From NCBI GenBank assembly GCA_963801605.1, contig CAWDFP010000006.1, forward strand, positions 736,001 to 800,000: a DNA stretch of 64,000 nucleotides. The letters run 5' to 3'. This document shows, in pieces, positions 53,421 to 64,000 of the stretch. Position 1 is the stretch's first letter. Each line of letters begins with the position of its first letter. Below the pieces are notes generated by a model that was not told the origin of the DNA, made no database searches, and saw only the letters and a program-made list of their open reading frames with translations. Source of the stretch: an uncultured candidate division Zixibacteria bacterium (lineage in GTDB: Bacteria > Zixibacteria > MSB-5A5 > UBA10806). The position numbers and the translations under genes are program-made.

Positions 53421-54182
53421 ATGTATGGGAAGCTAAAGCCTAAAATAAAATTTCCTCATCGTGGTTCGATACTCAGCGCAATCGTATTATTTTTGTTGGC
53501 ATCACTATTGTTCCGGGAGCCGGGCGAAGCTCAGATTAAAAAAACAAAAAAACCGGCTGCCTGGACAGAGGAATTTGCCGTAGATAATTGTCATTTTACC
53601 ACTATCGGACGAAACGGATATTTCATCCTTGAACCGAAATATCAATTGGTGTTGGCCGGCAAAGATGGGAAAGACAGCGTGGTGCTTACGATCACAGTAC
53701 TGAATGAAACTCAGAAAATCGGAACAGTGGAAACGAGAGTTGTTGAAGAGCGGGAAAAGCGTAACGGGAAACTCAGCGAGGTTTCGAGAAACTATCTTGC
53801 TTTTTGTCTTCAAACCAGCGATATCTTTTATTTTGGCGAGGATGTCGCTAACTATGCCAAAGGCAAGATCGTAAATAGCGAGGGAAGCTGGAAAGCCGAT
53901 TCGGCGGGCGCCAGGGCCGGGTTGCTATTACCGGGTACCGCGCTCATTGGCGCCAGATATTATCAGGAGATGGCGCCCGGAATCGCCATGGATAGAGCCC
54001 AAATAATAGACAATATCGTTACTCTTAAAACTCCCGCCGGCAATTATCGGAATTGTCTTAAAACCCTGGAGACTTCGCCTCTGGAGCCCGGAGTTAAGGA
54101 TTATAAAATATATGCTCCCGGAATCGGGCTTATCAAGGATGGCAATCTGCTTCTTATAAAAACAGGGTTCTTAAAGAGATAA
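53421..54182 (+). CDS. Exported hypothetical protein
   Basis: AAAGGA RBS; hydrophobic signal; YFGED, G.RYYQE.APG.AMD, TPAG, K.YAPGIGLI. Confidence 0.7.
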   Translation: MYGKLKPKIKFPHRGSILSAIVLFLLASLLFREPGEAQIKKTKKPAAWTEEFAVDNCHFTTIGRNGYFILEPKYQLVLAGKDGKDSVVLTITVLNETQKIGTVETRVVEEREKRNGKLSEVSRNYLAFCLQTSDIFYFGEDVANYAKGKIVNSEGSWKADSAGARAGLLLPGTALIGARYYQEMAPGIAMDRAQIIDNIVTLKTPAGNYRNCLKTLETSPLEPGVKDYKIYAPGIGLIKDGNLLLIKTGFLKR

Positions 54183-54300
54183 TTTATATCGAATGCCGGC
54201 GGCTTCCTAATATTAATAAGTCGCTTAATATTGCTTGTAATATCATGTCGCCGAATGTTAATATTTATTATAAGAACCGGACATTTACAGGTTTAAACCA

Positions 54301-54780
54301 ATGAATCATCCTTACTTTATCGGCGTAGTAGGCCATAAGAAAAGCGGCAAAACAACTCTGGTTGAGCTTTTGACCAAAGAGATGGTTTTGCGAGGGAAGT
54401 CAGTTGGCACCATTAAAATTACTTCACATGACCTGCAATTTGACACACCGGGCAAGGATACTCATCGTCATAGAGCAGCAGGTTCAATAGTTACCATGAT
54501 CAAATCAAAATCACAAATAGCATTATTTTCGGATCACGCCTATTTTGACGATGAGCAAATAAGATCTATCTTCATAAAATGCGATTTTGTATTTATCGAG
54601 GGCGATAGCGGTTCGCAAAACCCCAAAATTTGCGTATCCGATGAACGGGAAATCCGAAAGGATATCGCGGGAGAAATTATAGCTATTTGGGGCATGAGAC
54701 CTGATAGCGAGGGCACTCCTTATTTCAATACAAACGAAACAAATAGTCTCTGTGAATTTTTACTTCAAAAGTATCACTAA
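54301..54780 (+). CDS. mobB: Molybdopterin-guanine dinucleotide biosynthesis protein B
   Basis: VG.KKSGKTT, D.PGKDT.RH..AG, D...IEG. Confidence 0.85.
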   Translation: MNHPYFIGVVGHKKSGKTTLVELLTKEMVLRGKSVGTIKITSHDLQFDTPGKDTHRHRAAGSIVTMIKSKSQIALFSDHAYFDDEQIRSIFIKCDFVFIEGDSGSQNPKICVSDEREIRKDIAGEIIAIWGMRPDSEGTPYFNTNETNSLCEFLLQKYH

Positions 54781-54792
54781 CAGGCGGTGAAT

Positions 54793-54960
54793 ATGGCTGA
54801 TACATCAGATTTAAAAGTAGAACTGACTGTCAACGGCAAAAGCATTCCCATGAATGAGTTTGTTCATAAAATCGTAGGCAATCTCATGTTAGCCATTCTA
54901 AAATCAATCCGGCTCGATGAGGAGCCACGTTCAGCGGTAATAAATTTAACAATCAAATAG
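54793..54960 (+). CDS. 55-aa protein resembling the C-terminal extension seen on some MobB proteins
   Basis: Hand-translated MADTSDLKVELTVNGKSIPMNEFVHKIVGNLMLAILKSIRLDEEPRSAVINLTIK; GGTGA RBS; below the ORF-track cutoff. Confidence 0.7.
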   Translation: MADTSDLKVELTVNGKSIPMNEFVHKIVGNLMLAILKSIRLDEEPRSAVINLTIK

Positions 54961-55125
54961 GGATTTTGGTCGAATCAAATCCACCGCGTATAGGTGTGCT
55001 AAGCGCCGGCGTTTGTATTTCCTTAACTATGAGTCCTTTTGATTGTAGATGAGTTGCCTTTTTGTTTTACTTATATAATTTCGTAAAAATAATAATTATA
55101 ATCAAACAGCGTTTTATGGTCCGAA

Positions 55126-56406
55126 TTATCGCATACAAATTCTACTGATTCGTTTTGCGAGCGCCATGATAGTTAAAATTGGTGGATTCCCCAAAGATTC
55201 CGGAAATAGAGTTGCATCAGCTACGTAGAGGTTTTCAGGCAGACGATCGTTATGAAATGAGGCAGCATCTTTCCTCGTGAGTGGCAGCATTCCACCGGGA
55301 TGCCCAGCGTTGAGTTTTCCTAAAAAGATAGCGTCTTTCTTTACTCCCAAACGGCTAAACAGTTCGGTACAAAGCTCAACCCCTTGGTCAAGATTAGTTT
55401 TATCTTCCGCTGTGAGTTTTTTATCAACGCCTTTTTGCGAAATATGTCCGGCGGTAGCGTCTGCTAATTTAATCATCAAGCTAAATATATCGCTCATGCC
55501 CGGCTTCCATTTTCTATTGAAAAAGAAGCTGAGGTAGTCGAAATACGGGGCGATAATAAAGTGACTCCTCTGAATGGCAAAGGGCATTGATATTTCTTTG
55601 TTTTGAAAAGAGTCTTTCCATTCGGCAGCGACGCATAAGACAGGATCAACGAAGAGCCGTTTATCGCATGTGATGCCGGAGTTTTCCAGAATGATCGGTG
55701 TTCCCAATCCTCCCGCGGCCAGGACGAAAAGATCGGCGTTGTATATTTTAGATCGGCCCTTCTCTTTGACTGCGGCTCCGCTGACAGCGTTACTATCGAT
55801 TAACAATTTTTCTACTCGGCAACCGGTGACCAGATTAGCGCCCTGTTCAAGCGCCCGACTGACAAATTGCCGGCTATCCCATTTGGCTCCACCGGGACAT
55901 CCCAATACGCATTTACCGCAGTTTGTGCAACGCCCGGCATAACCCATTTTGGGAAGCGGGATTGGATTAAGACCCATATCTGTGCATATTTCAAAAAGAC
56001 GCTTTGTTGAAGTTCTCCAGTTCTTCTGATGCTCAGTATGAATAGGGATTTCAGCCAGAAGCTCCTCGAATTCCTCATCGAGACAGATTCCCAGAGCCTT
56101 TAAATCCTTATCCATCCTAAGGGCATTACCTGTCGCGAGGGTAGTGGTGCCCCCGACGGCGAGGCCGTTTATGAGGCTCATCTGGTCGGACGTTTTTCTT
56201 ATCTGCATCGCTGGAAAAAGAAGGCCAATCTCTCGTTCGTCAAAGAGCAATCCAAGTCTCTTTAGTTTTTCGATTTTGGAAAGCCCGACCGCAAATGGAC
56301 GAAACTCCCCTCCGGCCTCCAATATGGTAACCTCATACTTACCCTGAAGTTCTTTTGCGACAGTGGCGCCGCCAGCCCCGCTCCCAATAACGATTGCTTT
56401 CTTCAT
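55126..56406 (-). CDS. GMC-family FAD oxidoreductase with a ferredoxin-like Cys cluster
   Basis: IGSGAGG, VGGTT, CTNCGKCVLGC, AAGGLGTP, HPGG, YVADA..FP...G.PP.LT.MALA. Confidence 0.88.
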   Translation of the reverse strand: MKKAIVIGSGAGGATVAKELQGKYEVTILEAGGEFRPFAVGLSKIEKLKRLGLLFDEREIGLLFPAMQIRKTSDQMSLINGLAVGGTTTLATGNALRMDKDLKALGICLDEEFEELLAEIPIHTEHQKNWRTSTKRLFEICTDMGLNPIPLPKMGYAGRCTNCGKCVLGCPGGAKWDSRQFVSRALEQGANLVTGCRVEKLLIDSNAVSGAAVKEKGRSKIYNADLFVLAAGGLGTPIILENSGITCDKRLFVDPVLCVAAEWKDSFQNKEISMPFAIQRSHFIIAPYFDYLSFFFNRKWKPGMSDIFSLMIKLADATAGHISQKGVDKKLTAEDKTNLDQGVELCTELFSRLGVKKDAIFLGKLNAGHPGGMLPLTRKDAASFHNDRLPENLYVADATLFPESLGNPPILTIMALAKRISRICMR

Positions 56407-56951
56407 CCTGATTTCCCGGTAACTGATAGTTGGCCCTTACAGCAGGATTTCATTTCGGTGATTCTCTGGCCGAACTCAAGCTTCCAGCCATTTGATAATC
56501 CCGCTACCAATCCGGCATCAAGCGCCGATATCAGCTTGCAAGTCTCGGAATTATAATAAGAACTGAAATAGCATTTTTTTATCTCAACCGCGCCTTGAGG
56601 ATCGCAATGAAAATCTATTTTAAGTAATTTATAAACAAAAGAAATAGCCGAGAGAATATCTTCCCTGGAATCTAAGTTTAGTTTTTCTTTCAACTCAATT
56701 CCCATTTTATAAGCGTGATCATAAAGATTGCTTCGGATAGCATCGAGATCGCGGCCATCGGATATGGCAGTATCGGCGGCTCCTTTGGTGAAAAGCGCGA
56801 AACTTTTCAGATTCTGATTAAAGCAAACACTATTAAGGTTAGGGGGATTGTATCCAAATGCCCGTGCCGTTAATTCCGACAATTCGCGCAGCTTCGCATT
56901 TTTCACGAATGTTGGGATGTATCCCTTAAGTAACCAGATACGCATATTCAT
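56403..56951 (-). CDS. V4R/ATC-hydrolase-like small ligand-binding protein
   Basis: C.F...Y...C...S.LD.G...G; terminal I.E...CC. Confidence 0.55.
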   Translation of the reverse strand: MNMRIWLLKGYIPTFVKNAKLRELSELTARAFGYNPPNLNSVCFNQNLKSFALFTKGAADTAISDGRDLDAIRSNLYDHAYKMGIELKEKLNLDSREDILSAISFVYKLLKIDFHCDPQGAVEIKKCYFSSYYNSETCKLISALDAGLVAGLSNGWKLEFGQRITEMKSCCKGQLSVTGKSG

Positions 56952-57355
56952 TTAGCTGATCTTCCTATTGCTCTGGGATAAAAAATGGCCAGGCCCACGC
57001 CAATCAAACCATCAACAACCCCGTTAGCCAAGAAAATGAGATATGGTCCGGTTATAAAATACAATGCAAACGAAAAGGCCGCACTTGCGATTTTGGCATT
57101 AACTAAAAGCATAGGGAAAATTCGGTTTTCGGGATGTTTATACATGAGAACGGCCAGCAGCGTGACCAGATACATATATGCCACTGCCAAAGCGAGGAAA
57201 AAGCCTCCTTGGTTTGAATCAACAGTAATCATGCCGAATTGGAGTGCGATACTATTAAAAAATGCCAAAAGATGATTGGGAATCAGGAGGAATATCAGTC
57301 CCACCAAGGCAAAGCAAACTGCCAATATCATACTTATAGTTTTATAAAGACTCAT
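56948..57355 (-). CDS. 4-TM membrane protein
   Basis: Four hydrophobic helices; overlaps both neighbours. Confidence 0.7.
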   Translation of the reverse strand: MSLYKTISMILAVCFALVGLIFLLIPNHLLAFFNSIALQFGMITVDSNQGGFFLALAVAYMYLVTLLAVLMYKHPENRIFPMLLVNAKIASAAFSFALYFITGPYLIFLANGVVDGLIGVGLAIFYPRAIGRSAK

Positions 57356-58574
57356 CAATTGGCCTCGCGCTTTTCCCATAATAAAGTTCATAGAATTTCG
57401 AATACGAATCGAATTTGACTTCTTTCATCATTTCAAGAGTCGCTTCTCTTGGAATAGGATATTCTCCGCTATTGTATTTTTGCAAAAGTGTATAATTTTT
57501 ATTTATAAAGCAGCTTCCTTCGGACGGAAACCGCTTTTTCATCTCAAAAAAGATATTCTCTATCGAGGCGTTCTTAATATTTCCGAACGTAATGGGAGTG
57601 AAAACGCAAGGACCTACCTCACCAAAAGAATCGATATAGATCATTTTGTGACCGGCATTGCAGCCAAAATGTTCCTTACCCTCGAAATGACTGAGGTAGT
57701 TAACGGTGATCCCATTCTTTTTATTATACCGATCTTGAAGAGCAACGAGATAAAGGCGATCTGCCTCCGTAATTACAAACTTTTTATCCCAAAAAGCCTC
57801 AATTGATGGTTTGGTTTCACTAATCCAGGCCTCATCGACTCCCAGTCTCTCCAAAAAATGCAGAAAAGTTTCGACCTGCCCGTTTCTTATCATATCGACT
57901 GATAATACAGACGAGACGCTAACGTGAATGCCACCTGTTTCCTTAAAAAGCTCAATAGCCTTTAGGGCTGTCTTGAAAGCACCTTTGTATCCTCTACCGA
58001 GATCATGTATGTCCTCTGTCCAGTGATCCAGGCTCACCGATACCGAATAGAGTCCGGCTTTTCGAAGATCGTTCGCCATCTGTGATGTTAGTGTGCAGCC
58101 CGTGGTAAATAGCTTGCTGGCGCAATTGTCTCCCACATGTTCCGTAATTTTTAGCAAGTCTTTGTTTAATAGAGGTTCTCCACCGGTGAAGCCGATCCAG
58201 AATACGCCCATCTTTTTCAGGTCGTCAATCAGGCTCATAATGGAAGAAGTATCTAAAAGGACCCCTTTTCTATTCTTATTATAGCAATACTGGCAGTTTT
58301 GCGGACAAAGATTAGTGAGTCCGATCTGCGCGTGGGAGGGACCAGTGGTTCGAGCAAGAAGGTGTTCCTCAATAAAGCGGGAAAAAGCTGGGCTGTTCAG
58401 AGGAGGCAGGTGAGAGTGCAGCACGAGTTTGCCTTCTATATCCTTAACCTTAAATTTTCGTAAGTAATTACATAGAAATAGATCCATGGCAGGGCCGGCC
58501 ATAACAATTTTCGGATTTGAGAGCAGTGCGCCCACAGTCTTAATTTTTGTATTGATCCAGGACATTCTATTCAT
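57342..58574 (-). CDS. Radical SAM protein with SPASM/twitch domain
   Basis: CPQNCQYC, FTGGEP, VSLD, GCNAG...YIDSFGEV.PCVF. Confidence 0.9.
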   Translation of the reverse strand: MNRMSWINTKIKTVGALLSNPKIVMAGPAMDLFLCNYLRKFKVKDIEGKLVLHSHLPPLNSPAFSRFIEEHLLARTTGPSHAQIGLTNLCPQNCQYCYNKNRKGVLLDTSSIMSLIDDLKKMGVFWIGFTGGEPLLNKDLLKITEHVGDNCASKLFTTGCTLTSQMANDLRKAGLYSVSVSLDHWTEDIHDLGRGYKGAFKTALKAIELFKETGGIHVSVSSVLSVDMIRNGQVETFLHFLERLGVDEAWISETKPSIEAFWDKKFVITEADRLYLVALQDRYNKKNGITVNYLSHFEGKEHFGCNAGHKMIYIDSFGEVGPCVFTPITFGNIKNASIENIFFEMKKRFPSEGSCFINKNYTLLQKYNSGEYPIPREATLEMMKEVKFDSYSKFYELYYGKSARPIDESL

Positions 58575-58724
58575 TACCCCGTTGTAGACGGCCCCGCCGA
58601 CAAACGAAATTTGCGTCGAGCCTCCAATATTTATTCTAATGAAAAATAACAAAGATTCTTTAGATTTCAAAGCAATTTAGATTTAGAGGATAGATCACAT
58701 TTTTATTATATGGATATTAAAAAC

Positions 58725-58755
58725 AAAAAAAGAGGGCAGCATATAAGCTGCCCTC
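58725..58755 (-). terminator. Intrinsic terminator after the C25 gene
   Basis: GAGGGCAGC-TTATAT-GCTGCCCTC then T7 on the minus strand. Confidence 0.85.
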
Positions 58756-58782
58756 ATCGACTTGAATATTTATTTCTGCGAA

Positions 58783-61700
58783 CTACTCTGTGCCGCCAAC
58801 CTCGGGCTGATTATTCAAGATGGGGCTAACTGATGGCATTAATCTCGGTGAAAGGGGTGCCAAAATGGTTCCGGGTGGGCAATCCGGGCAGGGATGAACC
58901 AGGGGGCCGCCTTTGAAGTAGCTGACCATATAAGTTACATCCAATCCGTTAAAGGAACAGCTTCCGTTAACGTCGCCGGTTACATACCAGGTATGGCCGA
59001 CGGTGCATTCGCAGGTATACGTCGGAGCAGCTCCGCCTTTGAAATAGCTTACCGAATAAGTCACATCGAGACCGTTCAGAGTATTGCTGCCGTTAGCGTC
59101 TCCCACAACATAATCGCAGTTAGCGCCTTCGGGGCTAAGGTTCAGATTAACCGCAATGGTATCATCCGAAATTACCTGAATACTATATTGTGTTCTGGTA
59201 TTATAGGTATCCTTAGAAGCTTCAAGATTTACCTGAATAACCGGCAAGCTTGGCAAGAAATAATTCCCGCTGGCATCGGTCGTGTCGCGTCTAATCTCGG
59301 CAGCTCCGTTCAAGGCCCTGATTAGGACTCCCTCAATCGGGGTGGTACCATCGATTTCGGTTACTCTGCCCTGCATTGCTCCTGGAGGAACGCCCGCCGT
59401 GCCACTCTCTTTATTAGATGGCTTCGATTCAGCAGTCCATTCCGCGCTCGAATATTTAGCAGTGACATAGTACCAATAGATTGAGGAATCGGGTACGGTG
59501 TTATCCGTATAATTTGTCACCAGGACAGGATCGGTATTAAGCTTTACGTATTCGCTATTTTGCCAGAGGCTTCGGTAGATGTCATAGCCAATGAAATTTT
59601 CATGACTGACGCCTATCCAGCCGAGTTCAACTCGATGCAAAAGGCCGTGTGAAGCTGTTAGATTGGTAGGGACCGGGCAGGGGTTAAGTGCGAAATTGAT
59701 GCCCTGCGCGGACATGTTGGCAGTAACCTCGACTCCGCTTGTCGCGCCCGGGAAATATCCGATCTTTTCGGCGTCAACGTCATAGCTTCCCGGAACGAGG
59801 TCTCTTACCAAATAAGCTCCGTTAGATGCAGAGACCGTATGGCTGCCATTCGATACTGTAATGTTAACTCCGCTATCAATGTCGGTATCCAGAAGATCGG
59901 CAACGCCTTTAATTCCGCCTCGATTATTATTGGTAGTTATCTTAATCGCTCTACCATTAGCAACGGGAGCTGCCCCGGGCGAGTTGATATTGTCAAAGGT
60001 ATATTGAATGCCGTCCAGCTCGTCCATACTTTCCAGGCCCACCGAACAATAATTCTCCTCAGCGTCATTATTGGTAATTGTGCTGTATTGGAAAAGCATC
60101 TCAGCATCGCCGGTCACATTTGGATAGTAGGAAGGATCATAAATGATAATCTCAAAGGTTTCGGTTGCACTTGTGTTTCTGTGGGTAGCGCCGCTCCATT
60201 CAATTACGTAACGATGATTGGCGATGTCATTCCATGCGAAAACACCGAGATTGCCGCTTGAAGAAATTTGTAAATCATCCCAGAATGGAGAAATCTGGGC
60301 TTTGGCATTGCCTGGATCCGGAATTGGCCAATTGAAAAAGTTGGCCCAGTAATTTCCGGCCATATCCATTCTACTGGTATCAGGGGATATGAAACCATTT
60401 GTACAGACTATTATTCTGGTATAAGGCTTGCCGTAATAGACAAAACTGAATGGAAGCGTAACCAGAACGGATTTGTCATCAGTATCGGTAAAATTGATTC
60501 TGGCGCCCGAACCACCCAAGCCGGGAACGATTTCAACCCAGCCATAAGTTGGATGCAAGGCGTTGGCGACATCTGTATTGTCATAGATATAATAACCATA
60601 TCTATCGGGTCCCATCGGATCGCTGGCGGCAACGACTCCTACCGTAGCGCTAAATGGAATATTTTCTTCCATTCCATTTGAGGTAATGGTATGCAAGGTT
60701 AAATTTACCTGCCTGCCGTTATAGGCATCGCTACTGCATTTAATCACCAATGGGGACGAGTTTGTATTGGTTCCTCCGACCGCGATATCTCCGAAGCTTG
60801 CGTCTGGGGTTACGATCGTTACATAAGGATCATCTGATCTAAGAGTCGCGGTTACCCCCAGGGCCGGCAATGCGCCGATGTTTTTAATCGAGAGAGTGAC
60901 ATTACAGGAATCTCCTGGATCGAGCCTGCCGTTGCCGCCCGGAAATGCCGTGGCTATGATATTTAGCTTGGGAGCTGAAACGGTAATATCAAATCCGGAT
61001 TCCCACATGTCATAATACGGGTCGGATGATTCAATTCTAACTCTGGCAACTGCACCGTTGGTTGCAGTCGGTTTAATAAAGAAATTGAACGGTGTAGAAT
61101 TTCCGGTTCCTCCGGCTTCTATGGTGCCATAGTAATGAGCAGCATCGGAAATACTTACCAAATTAGTATCCAATGTTTGAAGAATGGCCCTGACACCGGT
61201 AGCCTGCAGAGTACCGAAGTTTCGCAATACTACCGCCAATTGGACCGTCTCGTTGGGGCTGAGAATGTTATCGCCGCCATCGACATAAAGCGAATCAAAT
61301 CCCACTGTCACGCCAGGTTGATACATAAGGATATTACTCTGATAGGGAATCAGGTTTTTCCCGCTGACCGTAATAACGATTGTATCCGGGGTGCTGGTCT
61401 CAAATGTGAATTCGACATAGCCATCGGCATCGCTTTTGTCAACCCGGAATACATCTTCGGAAGGGCTGTGACCCTTGATTATGGTGACAATCGCGCCCTC
61501 AATCGGATTTCCCAGGGTATCGGCAACATGAGCTCGAATATATCCAGTGCCCATTGGTATGTTGGCTGGATGCTGGACTACAATTCTCTTTGGAATGGCG
61601 GTGCGCAGTTCAAGTTCAGGATCGCCCAACATATTGTAGGTATTAAAATATTGCTGAACATAGCCGCTTGGATTACCCGGGAATGTGCGGAACATTTGAA

Positions 61701-63338
61701 GCTTTCCTGCAACGGCCGCTGCCGCAAAATGCTCGATATCTAATTCGAAAACGCCGTCGAAATAGCCGACCATAATTGGGTTATTCCATTTGGTATGCGT
61801 AAAGTGGTCGCTGACTCCGAAGAAAGCCGGACCTCCTTTGAGACTGTCGGGAGTGTATCCCATACGAATCCAGGTTTCTCCGAAACACTCTGTGCCAAAA
61901 TCGCCCAATCCGCAAGTGAGAGGAGTCATGACTCCCAGCTTTTGACTGTTAGGCATCGAGAGAAGATTCGAAATCGTAAGCTCCGGACCCCACCAATGTG
62001 ATTCGTCACCGGCGCCCCTGTACCATATCATGCCTGGGCCTGTATTCATGTAATTTAGAACCCTGGGATCAATACTTGTGCCATATACGGTATCAACACG
62101 AGCAAAACCGTCCTGAAGTACAAGTTGTCTTACCCAGAGAGTAGTCAAGCGAGAAGTATTATAGTAGGTATAGCCCACTGAAAGGCCGCGAATCCAATGT
62201 TCGGCATCGCGCATGAGAGGAGTTTTCTCGTATTTGAATATCTTTGAGATGGCAATTCTGAAATCAAGCATAGCATCGACCGACATTCGCGCTATAAAAA
62301 TATCGGGTATATAATCCGTTCCATCGACACAAGCGTAACCGTTGTCTGAGGGGTAGCCCGAGTATGGGTAATACGGGACGGATATGAACCATCCACGTCA
62401 CCGACAATCATTACATATTCGGGAGGAACTTCCCAGGTTTGATAAGCTGTCCTGAGGTAATTAAAGATCTGAGTGTAAGTCGGAGATCCTCCCGGTGCAA
62501 TTTCGGTAGTTGGCACAATTCTCGATATATAACCTTTTTGGTGTTTCCATAAGGCTACCGCCTTAAGTGAATCGACCAAAGCCGCCTTGGCAATGATTAC
62601 ATAACCGCCCCTGGCAGGTTCATAGGATGCCAGCATTTCGTCAGCGTTGGGTACCAACTCGCGGTAAAGCGGCAGAAAACTTTCGGAAATGTAATTTGAA
62701 CGTCGAATTTTAACGTTCCGATTGTCGGTGCCCGAATAATTCAAACGATATTGAATATCGGTATATACTTTCAACTGTTTCGTAACGGGATTATATTGAA
62801 TAGGATTTACAACAGTTTGAATCATTCTCAAATCACGCATGATGATCGGCTCGCCCAATTGAACGACTTCCGATGGGAAAAATTCATTTTTCTGATACGC
62901 TTGCTCATCTTTGGTAAAGGCATACTCTTCGTCCGTACCTTCCAAAGGAGGAGGCTGAGTTGGCATGATATCGTAGTTTTCAAGGATTTCAAAAGAGGCC
63001 GAAATAATTTCAAGGGTTACACCGGCTTGATCAGGAATAGCTACAAGCTGTGTAAAAAGTGGAAGATCCGGCAGGCCAAGTTCGGCTATTTCTCCGAATT
63101 TATCTGGTTGTGACGTGATCGGCGTAACCTTTTGCGCGGTCACTCCGCCAGCCTGTATTTCTTCATTTTCGATGCCCGCTATCTTGAACTCAAGCGAGGT
63201 TTCGGTATTTGAGGAACTGAGCTTTTGAATTGGGGCTTCCTCGATATTCCCCGGCGCCAGCACAACCCTGTTTGTAGCGGCATTTAATGCCCAAACAGGA
63301 AGACACAATAAAACGATACACCAGATCCCAACTTTCAT
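58783..63338 (-). CDS. Large secreted gingipain-like (C25) protein: propeptide, C25 domain, Ig/FN3/carboxypeptidase-regulatory-like domains, dockerin-like tail; frameshift near 62380
   Basis: GGAGG RBS; G.PDLP...LVAIP, P.QYNPV, WK.QKG, YVMIVGD, SD..Y..VDG.D.IPDIFIAR (shifted frame), YNMLGDP, GDANG/GDVNG repeats. Confidence 0.85.
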
Positions 63339-63746
63339 GTCTCCTCCCAAGAAAACATCGTTTTTACATTCGAAAAAATATTTTAGAATCACATTTTATT
63401 TGCGAACATGCTACAAAGAAGTATTATTTCGCTATTGGCTATTTCCCCGTATCCCAAAAGAGCTTGCAGAATAAATAATTGCACCAATAATATAATGCCT
63501 CGTCTCAGGAAAACAAGCATTTTATGCTGATTTTATTAGCCGCCAAAGGCATGTGAATGTGTATAAGATATTAATTTATAAGGCTTTATAAAACGAAAAC
63601 TGGGCATGGTACAAATGTAGAAACAAAACACCTCGTCTAAAAAAAACCTGATTAGTCTTGGCTTAGTTCAGAGATTTAATTTAGAATAGGATATACCCTG
63701 TTTCCAGCTTGCAAACGGCGCGATGACGGATCGGCATCGCTTAATA

Positions 63747-64000
63747 TTATTTATCTATCCCTACGCCAATTTCAAATGGTGCCGGTTTGGTCGAATCGGA
63801 TTTAGGGGTTATCCAACGAGTCCCGTTTTTTGCCCAACTTTTGCTGTAATTATCATTTCCGGAACCATCTATAAAAATGCCGAAGGTGTACAAATATGCC
63901 CTGGCTCCCTGATTAAGTCCATTGGCGCCACCAAGAGTAAAATCCCCCTTGGCGCTGTAAGTATCGTCGCCGCTCCAGTCATGGAATATTCCGATTCCCT
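63747..64000 (-). CDS. C-terminal end of a protein with G.F.D..G.D.Y repeats, truncated by the right window edge
   Basis: Hand-translated GIGIFHDWSGDDTY...FGIFIDGSGNDNY...GVGIDK*. Confidence 0.6.
   Translation of the reverse strand, partial: GIGIFHDWSGDDTYSAKGDFTLGGANGLNQGARAYLYTFGIFIDGSGNDNYSKSWAKNGTRWITPKSDSTKPAPFEIGVGIDK

Overview
64 kb of a bacterial chromosome, most likely an FCB-group anaerobe. The C-terminal dockerin-like repeat of the C25-family protein (GDANG...NGLDVTY.VSYFKGG, twice) suggests candidate phylum Zixibacteria; this is inference. Contents from left to right: housekeeping genes (GlmU-like nucleotidyltransferase, panD, NfuA-like, glgB), a group 3b [NiFe] hydrogenase operon with hypFCDE, an 8-PAS hybrid histidine kinase, an M32 carboxypeptidase, an Omp85-type protein, a divergent GlpX-like protein, a three-gene CPPxC/membrane/PAS-LuxR module, a radical-SAM/GMC operon and a large C25-family surface protein. 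The standout is a ~15 kb multiheme-cytochrome cluster (36927-52176). It encodes a 42-heme cytochrome, three paralogues with the OmcS nanowire-cytochrome motif layout (6, 6 and 7 hemes, all keeping the N-terminal CxxCHxxH), further multiheme cytochromes, three NHL beta-propellers, an outer-membrane beta-barrel and two CsgG/PelC-like lipoproteins, i.e. a candidate cytochrome-nanowire and export system. Rex/CRP-like operators occur at both the hydrogenase and this cluster. About 13 single-base frameshifts in otherwise intact genes most likely reflect long-read indel errors. No rRNA, tRNA, CRISPR array or transposase was seen. All family assignments are from motif recognition, not database searches.
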